DNA from: an uncultured Verrucomicrobiae bacterium
Lineage (GTDB): Bacteria > Verrucomicrobiota > Verrucomicrobiia > Limisphaerales > JAFGQR01
Direction: 5' to 3'
Assembly (NCBI GenBank): GCA_963788655.1
Contig: CAWBHS010000099.1
Span: forward strand, 32,001-96,000
DNA: 64,000 nt
This document shows, in pieces, positions 24,301 through 34,623 of this stretch. How positions within the stretch are numbered: position 1 is the stretch's first letter; each line of letters starts with the position of its first letter. The position numbers and the translations under genes are program-made. The notes beneath the pieces were generated by a model, which was not told the origin of the DNA, ran no database searches, and saw only the letters and a list, made by a program, of their open reading frames with translations.

Positions 24301-26973
24301 TTTCCTGGGGGCCGGGACAGAACCTCGAATACATCGTGCCAGGCAATTCCGGCGCCGGCTTTGCCCCGGACATCAACTGGCAGCGCATTTATGCGAATCC
24401 CACCAGCGCCAATCCCGGCAATCCCACCTTCCGCCGCATGTATTGGCGGGCGCTCAAGGAACTGGTGAACGGCGCAATGGCGGCCGATCAGATCGATCCG
24501 TTGCTCGAAGCCAAATACGCGGCGTTCCTCGCCAATGGCCTGACCGCGGCCGATCCCCAGGTGATTGAAACCTGGGTGGCCTCGGCGCGCACCAGCATCG
24601 CCAGTCAAGTGGCCGCATGGGATGCCGCAGACCTGACCCTGACGACCAACTCGCTGACCACCTCCAGCAACCTGATCACACTTTCCGGCACGGCGCCGCT
24701 CGAACGTCAGGCGGCTCACGGTGGACGGCGAATCCTGGACGCCGACGTGGACGAGCACCGTAAACTGGACGGTGCAACTGCCGGTGGAACCGGGCACCAA
24801 CATCCTGACCATTCTCGGTTATAATCGCTTTGGCCAATTGGTGGATGGGGCCAGCAATCAAGTCACCGTCGTCAACGAAGCTGCGCCCGCATCGCCGATT
24901 GGCAACCTCGTCATCAGCGAACTGATGCCCAATCCGGCAATCCCAGACGCCGAGTACGTGGAACTCCACAACCGCTCCGCCACCACGGCGTTCGACCTGT
25001 CGGGCTGGCAGTTCAACGGAATCGATTTCACCTTCCCCTCCGGCTCGATGTTGGCGCCCGATGGTTATCTGGTGCTGGCCAAGAGCCGCATTCTTTTTGC
25101 CAACGCCTACGGGGTGACCACCCCGGTGTTCGGCGAGTTCGGTGGCAATCTCCAACCCGATGGCGAGACGCTCAGTCTGCTGGCGACCAATCCGGTCACC
25201 GGCGAGGAAATCGTGGTGGACCGGGTGCGCTACGAGAGCGCGGCGCCCTGGCCGACGGGGGCAAATGGCACCGGCGCCTCCTTGCAGTTGGTCGATGTAG
25301 CGCAAGACAACGCGCGCGTGAGCAACTGGTCGGATGGGCAAGGTTGGCGGTTCTTCAGCTACACCGGCATCTCCGGCCCCAACAACGGGCAGTTCCTGTT
25401 TTATTTGGATACGGCCGGCAGTGTTTATCTGGACGACATGAGTTTGGTCGAGGGGACCGAGGCGGGGGTTGGCAGTAACTTGCTCACCAACGGGGGATTT
25501 GAACTGCCGCTCCAGGACACCTGGCTGTTCCGCGGCGTTCTGGGTACCAATTCCGACGTCAGCGCCGCGGTCAGTCATTCCGGCAATCAAAGTTTGCACG
25601 TCGTCTTCACCGCTCCCGGCAATGTGGGAAACTACATCTATCATCCGGTGTCGGGGATCGTGCCGACGAGCACGTTACACGTTCAGCTTCTGGTATTTGC
25701 CTTCGACCGACGCCAACAACATGCGCACGCGCTTGGGCTCGCCGTTCCAGCCCATCATCAATCTGCGACCGGGTCCTGGCCACCCCCGGAGCCGCGAACA
25801 GCGTGGCGTCAACCCTCCCGCCGTATCCGCCGTTGTGGTTGAATGAGGTACAGCCGCTCAATCTCACCGGCGTCACCGACAACGCCGGCGACCGCGAGCC
25901 GTGGATTGAACTCTACAATGCGGGCATGGAAGTCGATCTCCCTGGAGTGGCATGATGCTGGCGGACCAATACGCCGACCTTGGCCAATGGGCATTTCCAG
26001 CCAATGCGATGATTGCTCCCGGCCAGTTCCTGGTGGTGTGGGGGACGGCGAACCGGGTGAATCCACCGCCACGGAGTTCCACACGAACTTCCGGCTGGCC
26101 AGCGGGACCGGGTCTGTCGTTTTGTCGCGGGAGCTTGATGGGAAACCTCAAATTCTGGATTACTTGAATTTCGCCGGCGTGCCGGAAGATTGGACTTACG
26201 GCTCGTTGCCGAATGGCCAACCTTTCTACCGGGATAACATGTATTACGCAACTCCTGGTGGCCCCAACAACGCCGCCTCCCCGCCGCTGGTGGTTTATAT
26301 CAACGAATGGATGGCGGCCAACACCAGCGCCAGCGGGTTTGCCGATCCGGCGGACGGCAATTACGACGACTGGTTCGAGCTGTACAATCCCGGTTCCACG
26401 AGCGTGGCATTGGGCGGGTATTACCTGACTGACGATCTGGTCAACCGGTTCAAGTTCCGGATTCCGGAAGGTTATAACATCGCTCCGCAAGGATTCCTGC
26501 TGGTGTGGGCGGATAATGATACCAACCAAAACAGTCCAGTGAATCCCGATCTGCACGCGAACTTCAAGCTGTCCCAGTCGGGAGAAACCATTGGTTTATA
26601 CGCCTCGGACGGTACGATCATTGACGCGGTGGCCTTCGGAACCCAGACCAACAACGTCAGCGAAGGTCATTATCCGGATGGCACGGGACCGCTTTATTTC
26701 ATGACCACGCCGACCCCGCGGGCGGCCAATGAGTTGGCCACGCCAGTCGAACCGCCGCAGGTTAGCGAGGTTAGGCTGTCGCCGGAGGGCATGATTTCGT
26801 TCTCCTTTGACACAGTGGCCGGGGCGACCTATCGCGTCGAATACAAAGATGATTTGAACGATCCGACCTGGCATCCGCTCACGGCTGACCAAGTGGCCGA
26901 TGGCTCCGTGCAGCAGATCACGGATGATGCCAACGTCAATCCGCACCGCTTCTACCGGGTGGTGGTGCAGTGA
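18303..26973 (+). CDS. Giant secreted protein: LamG x2, Ig, ConA-like, multiple lamin-tail domains, CotH kinase-like domain; about five frameshifts between 24700 and 26045
   Basis: Signal peptide; repeated lamin-tail motifs (VISEIMY...EFVEIYN, VINEVLA...YVELYN, YINEWMA...WFELYN); CotH-like core (REQAANTF, YVGVYVNG, NWDCWG..N, FMFDF). The protein reads continuously across ORFs 18303-24824, 24721-25842, 25469-25846, 25952-26167 and 25843-26973. Confidence 0.8.
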
Positions 26974-26986
26974 CCGGCAACGCAAT

Positions 26987-27128
26987 GTGCGGTCGGCGTC
27001 TCGCCGGCAGAAACGAATGGTGGATAAAGGTTCGTTCACTGGTGGCGGCTGGTCAATGCAGCACCCGTTTCAAAATGCCGGCAGCACGCCGGGCAACGTG
27101 GTGTCGGCGTCCCGCCGGCAGAAACGAA
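26987..27128. repeat. Cluster of REP-like family B palindromes (GTGCTGCCGGCRTCYYGCCGGCAG)
   Basis: Copies at 26987-27017 and 27098-27128, with a partial inverted copy at 27075-27088. Confidence 0.75.
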
Positions 27129-27312
27129 CAGGCGGGGTGCGCTCGAACCTCCAACCCACCGCTAGCCAAGCCTGACTCCGTTCCAAGCTGCCGGTAGGAT
27201 GCACGCAGCATGGTGGCGCTAAATTTGATTCTTGAACCATCTCGCCACATGATGTCATTTAATCGCACACCGTAATCTTGAGAAATCGACGGAGATCCCG
27301 TTGGAGGACGCT

Positions 27313-27812
27313 ATGGCAGAACAAGTTTATTTGGGGGTGGACATCGGAGCGGAGAACGGTCGCGTCATGGCGGGACTGTGGGATGGCCAACGCGTGCGGG
27401 TGGCAGAACTGCACCGCTTTCCCAATCAACCTGTCACGCTGGGCACCACGCTGCGTGGTCCGCCCAGGAAGCGCTGCGATCCCAACGCGTCCTCGAAGTC
27501 AATCTCACCAACGAAGGCGGGGTGGACCGCACCTACCGCTTGTTGAAAAACATCATGGGACTCGGGCTCGCCCGACAGCGCAAACTGGCGTTCGAAGACG
27601 GGAGCAAACCACACTCATACGAAACGCTGGAAAGTCTGGCCGCCGAAGCGCCCGCCTTTCGTTCCCTGATCGATCCGGATGACAAACGGATCCTCAACCC
27701 ACCGAACATGCCTTCGGCCATTCGGGATTATTGCCGCGAAACAAGTCAACCGGCACCGGAAACCGAAGGGCAATTCATCCGGTGCATTTATGAAAGCCTG
27801 GCACTGCAAAAC
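27313..27812 (+). pseudogene. rhaB: Rhamnulokinase remnant (internally deleted and 3'-truncated)
   Basis: GGAGG Shine-Dalgarno, then [19 protein letters not shown]...ELHRFPN (N-terminus). The sequence then jumps in another frame to [19 protein letters not shown]...SLIDPDD...IRCIYESLAL (mid-protein). Confidence 0.8.
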
Positions 27813-27973
27813 GCGCAAAGGCCAGGACTAGGCGCCGGTGTTAATTGGGGTTCTGCCGCCCGGAGACTTGGAAACTGACCAAGGGCGGAGGCTCAGTTAT
27901 CATCCTCGTAAGACCGGCAATGTTCGCGAAGACGCGATGACTTCAAGGAAGCTTTCGCTAACCTGCCCCGGGG

Positions 27974-28621
27974 CTATTCCACGCGCGAAACCACCAACTC
28001 ATCAAACCGAATCGGAGTACCGGAAAAGGGATGACCAGAAACCAGTGGGCGGCCGCTGGGCGGTGCCGATTGTTCGTCAAGAACGATCATCCACTGGCGG
28101 GGTTCCGAGGCGCCAGCGGTCCAGACTTTGCCTTCCACTTTCCAGTGGTTTTCGCCCGACTTGCGGACTTGCAGACGCATGATGGTCCATTTGCCGGATT
28201 TCCATTTGCACGGCACGCTCAACACACGTTGCTCGCCTTTGAACAATTCCAGGGCCTGTTTGGCGGGCGCCAGTTGCATTTCGTAACCGCCCAAGCCATT
28301 CAAGCCCACCGCCAGCACCGGATAACGCCGGCCATGGCGCGTGCCAAAAAGACGGCCGGTCACGGCGACGTCCTCTTTCTCGTTGGGACCAAACAGCACA
28401 GCGTAATCATCCACCGGCGCGCCGGGCACTTCCAAAAACTTGTTGCCGCCTTCCTGCTTCACGGTAAATGCGCCGTTGAGTACCATAAAGTCCTCCGGCA
28501 CTTTGCCGACCTCGGCATTTTCAAAATTGTTTTCGTACAGCGGTTTATCTTGAGCCCCAGCCGATAGGACCATACCGCACGCTACGGCTAAACTGGCAAA
28601 CTTCATCTTCATCACCTTCAT
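27974..28621 (-). CDS. Secreted hypothetical protein, probable ConA/DUF1080-like beta-sandwich
   Basis: Signal peptide; LYENNFE start; W..MRLQV...VEGKVW...EP..W; ends IRFDELVV. Confidence 0.65.
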   Translation of the reverse strand: MKVMKMKFASLAVACGMVLSAGAQDKPLYENNFENAEVGKVPEDFMVLNGAFTVKQEGGNKFLEVPGAPVDDYAVLFGPNEKEDVAVTGRLFGTRHGRRYPVLAVGLNGLGGYEMQLAPAKQALELFKGEQRVLSVPCKWKSGKWTIMRLQVRKSGENHWKVEGKVWTAGASEPRQWMIVLDEQSAPPSGRPLVSGHPFSGTPIRFDELVVSRVE

Positions 28622-28794
28622 TCGTAATCAATTACTGGCAGCACATCAAGCCTCAGGGTGTAGTTGGTAAATCTGCGGCGAATCATAAACCGTCCCTGGT
28701 ACCCAGCCAACACTCGCGGGCTGCCCAGACTCGACGAATGCGACATCGAACATTATTGTTTTGGCCCGATGAATAATCTTGTTCCAGATTGCGT

Positions 28795-29100
28795 ATGAAA
28801 CTGCCTGATTATCTGCAGACGCGTCCCGACGGGGTGGTGTTGTTGCTTAAAGTGCAACCACGCGCTTCCAAGAACGAGATCGGCGAACCACTGGGTGGCG
28901 AACTAAAGGTCAAAGTCACCGCGCCCCCCGTAGATGCCGCTGCGAATGAAGCTCTGGTGCGGTTGCTGGCCGAAACGCTCGGTTGCCCGCGGAACGCGGT
29001 GAAGTTGGTCCGGGGCCACACTTCCCGCCACAAGCAAGTGTGGGTGCAAGGAATGCGGACTGAAGATGTCGCCAGCAAACTTACGGCCTCCGCCAAGTAA
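28795..29100 (+). CDS. DUF167 (YggU/UPF0235) family protein
   Basis: KVQPRASKNEI, LKVKVTAPPVDAAANEALVRLLA and GHTSRHK motifs. Confidence 0.9.
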   Translation: MKLPDYLQTRPDGVVLLLKVQPRASKNEIGEPLGGELKVKVTAPPVDAAANEALVRLLAETLGCPRNAVKLVRGHTSRHKQVWVQGMRTEDVASKLTASAK

Positions 29101-29321
29101 GGGATTGACTGGCCCAAACTCACTCCCGAAATGGTGACGCCGATCCGTGCAGCCTCCATATTCGTTTGTGTAAAAAAGTGAGGACCGCTTCCTATTTCAT
29201 TGTTTGATGGCAGAACGGCGAAAGTCATCGCAGCAGAAATCCACCTCATTTCACTTCGAAACCGGAGCGGATTCACGACCTAACCGGACTTGCCTTCCCG
29301 CGGAGGCCGCTTCCGCCGCGT

Positions 29322-30041
29322 CTATTCGCCCAAGTTGCGGTGCAGCAACTCAGCCAACTTGGCGGGATTGAGTACGGTAATGGTTTTCCCTTTCACCTGG
29401 AGCAGTTGTTGTTCGCGCAGCTTGGCCATCGTGCGGGAAAACGTTTCGCTGACGGTTCCCAATTCGGCCGCAAGCACGCGTTTCGCCACCTTAAGTTCCA
29501 GAGCTACCGGTTGCGGGCCAATCGGCAGCGGGCAGCGTTTGAGCAGCCAATTGGCCAACCGCGTTTCCACGTCTTTAAGCGTCAAATCCTCGATCTGCCC
29601 CACCAATACCCGCAAATGTTGGCTCATGCCGCCCAACATGCGCAACGCCAGTTCCGGGCGCCGTTTCAAGAGCGCGATAAACTCCGCCTTGCGGACCAGC
29701 AGGATTTGGGACGATTCCACGGCCCGGGCATCGGCCGGATAGCCCGTTTCCGTGGCCAGGGTCGCTTCGGCCAGTGATTCACCGGCGCGAAAGACATGAA
29801 TCACCTGTTCCTTGCCCGCCGCATTCACCCGATGCACATTAACGGCCCCTTGTTGAACAATGTAAAACCCCTGGGAAAGATCCCTTTCGCGGAACAGGTA
29901 TTGTCCTTTATCGAGCGCTTTGAGCACCGTGATTTCAGCAATGTTCTCTAAATCAGCCTGGGGCAATCCGGCAAATAGCTGGCAACTCCGCAGGGTGTTT
30001 ACAATCGCGATTTGTCTGAATTGAGCGAACGACGGCTTCAT
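29322..30041 (-). CDS. Crp/Fnr family transcriptional regulator
   Basis: cNMP-binding fold (LFRERD...GFYIVQQGAV...GKEQVIHVFRAGESLAE) and C-terminal HTH LAAELGTVSETFSR. Confidence 0.92.
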   Translation of the reverse strand: MKPSFAQFRQIAIVNTLRSCQLFAGLPQADLENIAEITVLKALDKGQYLFRERDLSQGFYIVQQGAVNVHRVNAAGKEQVIHVFRAGESLAEATLATETGYPADARAVESSQILLVRKAEFIALLKRRPELALRMLGGMSQHLRVLVGQIEDLTLKDVETRLANWLLKRCPLPIGPQPVALELKVAKRVLAAELGTVSETFSRTMAKLREQQLLQVKGKTITVLNPAKLAELLHRNLGE

Positions 30042-30298
30042 GTCTGCGACCGATCTTGCTCCGGCTCACGCCAAAAATAAACAATCCATTCGTTGCGCAT
30101 CCCGTGTTCAATGCGCGAACGAAATCCTTCGCTGCCCAACTTCTCGATCAATGGGGATGGCAGAAACGGCGCGATGACAATCAGTCCCTGGTCAGGTGCC
30201 AGCGAGTCCACCCGCGCCCGGATACGACCATAGGGATCGCTGCCCCGGCGGAGAATCGGGCGGACATCGAGACGAACAAAGCGGTTCAGCGGCAGCAT
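30038..30298 (-). CDS. DUF2249-like small protein
   Basis: LDVRPILRRGSDPY...LIVIAPFLPSPLIEKLGSEGF...WIVYF. The stop overlaps the Crp/Fnr start (ATGA). Confidence 0.75.
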   Translation of the reverse strand: MLPLNRFVRLDVRPILRRGSDPYGRIRARVDSLAPDQGLIVIAPFLPSPLIEKLGSEGFRSRIEHGMRNEWIVYFWREPEQDRSQT

Positions 30299-30452
30299 AA
30301 GATTGCGAGTTACCGGGCGGACGGCTGGACGGCACAAAATTCAGCGCGTCACCGCCGCCCGGTTCCCGAGATAATGAGCAGCCATTCCAATACCTTCAGG
30401 GAGAAAATCAAAGTCAATTTCTGCAAATACTTCAACAAGGTTTGCGAAGCCA

Positions 30453-31412
30453 TTGCCCCCAAGCGGACGCAGGATTGCGCTCATAGTGAGAATATTGGAT
30501 GGAGATCCTTCGTCCGAGGTTCCAGCCAAGCGAGCGGCGGCGTTTGGCTCGTCCTCGACCCACAAACCGCCCGACTGCTCGGCCCTGGGCGGTCCGCGGA
30601 TTTTTCCCCAAACGCGTTTTGTCTTCTGCGTCATTTCCCAGCGGGCCCGTGGGTTGATGATCGGTGTGGACCTCTGCCCAAGCAAAACCTGCAATTTTCG
30701 GTGCGTTTATTGTGAAGTGGACCGTTCCCAAGCCGGGACCGAGAGCCAGGCCAATCTGGAGGTGATGTCGGCTGAACTGCAAATGGTTTTGGATCTCGCC
30801 TTCAATAACCAGCTTTGCCGAATCTCGGGATTAGAACACGTTCCCCCCGAATGGCTGCAACTCAAGGAAGTCGCATTGGCTGGCGACGGCGAACCCACCC
30901 TTTGCCCGAATTTCGCGGAAATTGTGCAAGCCGTGGTGCTTGTGCGCGCCCAGGGCCAGTATCCTTTTTTCAAGATTGTCCTGATCACCAATGGCACAGG
31001 ACTTAATCTACCAGAAGTTCAAAAAGGCCTGGCGAAGTTTAATTCGCGCGACGAAATCTGGATCAAATTGGACGCCGGCACGCAAGCGTTCATGCACAAA
31101 ATCAACCGAACGAAGATCCAATTGCCGCGCATTCTGGACAATATTTTGCGCCTCGGCCGCGAGCGGCCGGTGGTCATCCAAAGTCTGTTTCCGCGCTTGC
31201 ACGACGCGGAACCGCCGGAGTGCGAAATCACCGCCTACATCGAGCAGTTGCTACGGCTGCGCGACCAAGGTGCGCAAATCTCCCAGGTCCAGATCTTCTC
31301 GACCCGGAAGATCTCCGAGGTGAACGGTTGCCGCCACCTTCCGCTGCGCAGCCTGTCGCACATCGCCCGGCGCGTCCATGAGGAAACCGGGTTGACCGTG
31401 GATGTGTTTTAA
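30453..31412 (+). CDS. Radical SAM protein (start uncertain)
   Basis: CNFRCVYC (CxxxCxxC), ALAGDGEPTL, LITNGTGL and IKLDAG motifs. Confidence 0.85.
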   Translation: MPPSGRRIALIVRILDGDPSSEVPAKRAAAFGSSSTHKPPDCSALGGPRIFPQTRFVFCVISQRARGLMIGVDLCPSKTCNFRCVYCEVDRSQAGTESQANLEVMSAELQMVLDLAFNNQLCRISGLEHVPPEWLQLKEVALAGDGEPTLCPNFAEIVQAVVLVRAQGQYPFFKIVLITNGTGLNLPEVQKGLAKFNSRDEIWIKLDAGTQAFMHKINRTKIQLPRILDNILRLGRERPVVIQSLFPRLHDAEPPECEITAYIEQLLRLRDQGAQISQVQIFSTRKISEVNGCRHLPLRSLSHIARRVHEETGLTVDVF

Positions 31413-31628
31413 CCAAGCGGCGCTGACGGGTGGGCGCCTCCAGTAATCCTGCGCGCACCAACCGAGGGGGCTACGTCGAGTCTGCTTGATATTGAGAGGA
31501 ACAAGGCCAGCCGTGCTTATGACCAGCTTAGCGTTGCCTGCAATCCTTACCGGGGATGTTGTTCCCGGTTGACATTTCCTGGCGCTCCCCATAATTTGCC
31601 GTCAGCAGTGCAAAATCGGACCCCTAAA

Positions 31629-32529
31629 GTGACAGCACAGCAAACGATAAACGGTCACAAAGACCTGGTCGAAACCTTGGCCAATTCCAAGGTGTATCAG
31701 GACTACGAACGAGCCTTTAATGAGGCCACGGGATTGCCATTATCGTTGCGCCCGGTGGAATCCTGGCAACTCCCCCATCACGGAAAGAAGAACGAGAACG
31801 AGCTTTGCGGGCTGGTTGCCCAAAAAAGCCGGGCCTGTGCCGCCTGTCTCCAAGTCCAACAAAAGCTCTCGGAATCAGCGACCTATGAAGCCCGCACCGT
31901 AGCGTGCTCATTGGGAATGAGCGAAACCGCCGTGCCGGTGCGCTTGGGGTCCGAGTTGATCGGCTTTCTGCAAACCGGGCAGATCTTTCGCCGGACCCCC
32001 AGCGCCGCCCAATTTGAACGGGCCATTCGCCAATTTAAGGCTTGGGGAGTGTCCATTTCGAATGGACAGTTGAAAGACGCCTTGTATGGGACGCGGGTGT
32101 TGTCGTCGCGCCAGTACCGATTCGATGGTCAAGTTGCTGAGCATTTTTGCGCAACACCTGTCGATGGCCAGCAACCAAATCATCATGCAGCAAGAGCATG
32201 CCGAACCTCCGATCATCACCAAGGCCAAGGCGTTTATCCAAGAACATCAGGCCGATGATATTTCGTTGGGAGCGGTGGCCAAATCGGTGAACACCAGCAC
32301 CTTCTATTTCTGCAAGATGTTCAAGAAAGTCACCGGCCTGAACTTCACGAACTACCTCTCACGGGTGCGCATCGAGAAGGCAAAGAATCTGTTGCTGAAT
32401 CCCAACCTACGCATCAGTGAAATCGCCTTCGAGGTCGGCTTCCAGTCGCTTACGCACTTCAACCGCGTTTTCAAGAAAGTCATTGGGCAGTCTCCTACCC
32501 AATACCGTAGTCAGCTTTCGGTCAGTTGA
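31629..32529 (+). CDS. AraC-family regulator with PocR-type sensory domain; frameshift near 32117
   Basis: N-terminal Cys pattern (C...CAAC...CSLGMSETAVPV...GFLQTGQ) and C-terminal AraC HTH (ISEIAFEVGFQSLTHFNRVFKK). Removing one C at 32117-32118 joins the two ORFs. Confidence 0.85.
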
Positions 32530-32535
32530 ATTGCT

Positions 32536-34353
32536 TCAGACGTTGGCCAGACGCTGTCGCAGCGCTTCAAGTTCCTGGCGCAGCCCCGCTGGCAAGGCGT
32601 CGCCGAATTTATCGTAGTAAGCACTGATGTTGTCGGCTTCCTCTTTCCATCCCGCGGCATCCACCGACAACAGATCCTTGACGTCTTCAGGCGACAGGTT
32701 CAATCCCGACAGATCCAGGGCTTCCGGGGTCGGGAGATTCCCGATGGGCGTCACTTGTGCCTGGCCCACACCGGCCACGCGTTCACAAATCCACTTCAGC
32801 ACGCGGCTGTTTTCGCCGTAGCCGGGCCACAACCATTTGCCGCGGTCATTGCGACGGAACCAATTGACAAAAAACACTCGGGGCAACTTGCTCCGGTCGG
32901 TTTTCTCCGGCAACGAAAGCCAATGGGCGAAGTAATGGCCCATGTTGTAGCCGCAGAAGGGCAACATGGCAAACGGATCGCGCCGCATCACACCCGATTG
33001 GCCAATGGCCGCAGCGGTGGTTTCCGAACCGGCTCCAGAGCCCAAGAACACGCCATGTTCCCAGTTGAATGCTTCATTGACCAATGGAACGGTCCCGGCC
33101 CGGCGACCGCCGAAAAGGATCGCGGACAGCGGCACGCCTTCCGGTTTTTCCCAGTCCGGATCAATGACCGGGCACTGGGCCGCGGGCGCGGTAAAGCGGG
33201 AATTGGGATGCGCGGCTTTGCGTCCACAGTCCGGAGTCCATTCGTTGCCCTGCCAATCGACCAGCTTGGGTGGCGCTTCCACGCCCATGTCTTCCCACCA
33301 CACATCGCCTTCGGGCGTGAGCGCCACGTTGGTGAAAATGCTGTTGCGGGCAAACGTGGCGACCGCGTTTGGATTGGACTTGTCGGAAGTGCCGGGCGCC
33401 ACGCCAAAGAAGCCGGCTTCCGGATTGATGGCATACAGCCGGCCATCCTCTCCGAGGCGAATCCAGGCAATGTCGTCGCCCAGGCACTGCACTTTCCAAC
33501 CGGGCAGCGAAGGCTGCATCATGGCGAGATTGGTTTTGCCGCAGGCGCTGGGGAATGCCGCCGAGACATAATATTTTTTTCCCTCCGGTGAAGTCAGCCC
33601 CAGAATGAGCATGTGTTCCGCCAGCCAACCTTCCCGGCGGGCGACCACCGAAGCAATCCGCAACGCCAGACATTTCTTGCCCAACAGGGCATTGCCGCCG
33701 TAGCCGGAGCCGTAAGACCATATCGAAGGATCGTCGGGAAAATGTACGATGTATTTCTTTTCCGGATCCGGTTCGCACGGCCAAGCCACATCCGCTTGTC
33801 CAGGTTGAAGCGGCGCCCCCACCGAGTGCATGCATGGGATGAACGAGCCGTTTCCCAGGACATCCAGCACGCTTTGCCCCATACGGGTCATAATCCGCAT
33901 GTTGCACACCACGTACGGCGAGTCGGTGATTTCGATGCCGATCTTGGCAATGGGCGCATGCAAGGGGCCCATGCTGAAGGGGATGATATACATCGTGCGG
34001 CCCGTCATGGAGCCTTGGAACAGCCCGCGCAGGTGTTTGCGCATTTGTTCCGGTTCGGTCCAATTGTTGGTGGGGCCAGCCTCTTCCGGTGTTCGCGCGC
34101 AAATAAACGTGCGTTTTTCAACCCGCGCGACGTCGCTGGGATGGGAGCGGGCCAGGAAACAGCCAGGACGCAATTCCGGATTGAGACGGGTAAAGGTTCC
34201 GCTCTTCACCATCAAATCGCACAGCCGGTCATATTCTTCTTCGGAGCCATCACACCAATGGACGTTGGCGGGTTGACACAATTGGACCATTTCCTCAACC
34301 CAAGCGAGGAGTTTCGCATTCGTTGTCGGCGCCACAGTTTTGTTTTCGGACAT
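32536..34353 (-). CDS. pckG: Phosphoenolpyruvate carboxykinase (GTP)
   Basis: [39 protein letters not shown] and [13 protein letters not shown] motifs. Confidence 0.97.
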   Translation of the reverse strand: MSENKTVAPTTNAKLLAWVEEMVQLCQPANVHWCDGSEEEYDRLCDLMVKSGTFTRLNPELRPGCFLARSHPSDVARVEKRTFICARTPEEAGPTNNWTEPEQMRKHLRGLFQGSMTGRTMYIIPFSMGPLHAPIAKIGIEITDSPYVVCNMRIMTRMGQSVLDVLGNGSFIPCMHSVGAPLQPGQADVAWPCEPDPEKKYIVHFPDDPSIWSYGSGYGGNALLGKKCLALRIASVVARREGWLAEHMLILGLTSPEGKKYYVSAAFPSACGKTNLAMMQPSLPGWKVQCLGDDIAWIRLGEDGRLYAINPEAGFFGVAPGTSDKSNPNAVATFARNSIFTNVALTPEGDVWWEDMGVEAPPKLVDWQGNEWTPDCGRKAAHPNSRFTAPAAQCPVIDPDWEKPEGVPLSAILFGGRRAGTVPLVNEAFNWEHGVFLGSGAGSETTAAAIGQSGVMRRDPFAMLPFCGYNMGHYFAHWLSLPEKTDRSKLPRVFFVNWFRRNDRGKWLWPGYGENSRVLKWICERVAGVGQAQVTPIGNLPTPEALDLSGLNLSPEDVKDLLSVDAAGWKEEADNISAYYDKFGDALPAGLRQELEALRQRLANV

Positions 34354-34623
34354 ATTGGCTCAGCGTTTACGGGTAAGTGTTCACCATTAAAAGACCGCCG
34401 TGACACAGTGTCCGCCGGCGGTCGCCGATGTGTTCTACCAAGTTGGTATAACTAGGCTTGAAAGAAAGGAGAATTCCGCCTTTTTGGCGAGTAAAAAATT
34501 CGGAAAATCATTTTACCGTTTCCGTCAACGTGCGATTCCCCGCGAATCAACCGTTTTCCAAATGCCGACAAACCGCAAATCGTGAAAATTCGCGAAGTTC
34601 ATTTCTCCGAAACATGCCCCCAA

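Noticed and set aside
4800..24812. Long antisense ORFs (for example 8945-10918, 15801-17489, 21054-22835, 22854-24812)
   Set aside because: They are shadow frames of GC-rich coding genes on the opposite strand and have no recognisable motifs.
24700..26045. Programmed frameshifting or phase variation in the CotH gene
   Set aside because: Several shifts are clustered without slippery heptamers or long simple repeats, so sequencing error is the simpler explanation.
30338..30485. In-frame TGA upstream of the DUF2249-like gene (possible selenocysteine or read-through)
   Set aside because: The upstream peptide has no recognisable domain and no redox motif surrounds the TGA.
31569..31595. TTGACA...CATAAT promoter before the PocR-AraC gene
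   Set aside because: The spacer is only 15 bp. It is plausible if a base was lost in the C run, but not supportable as written.
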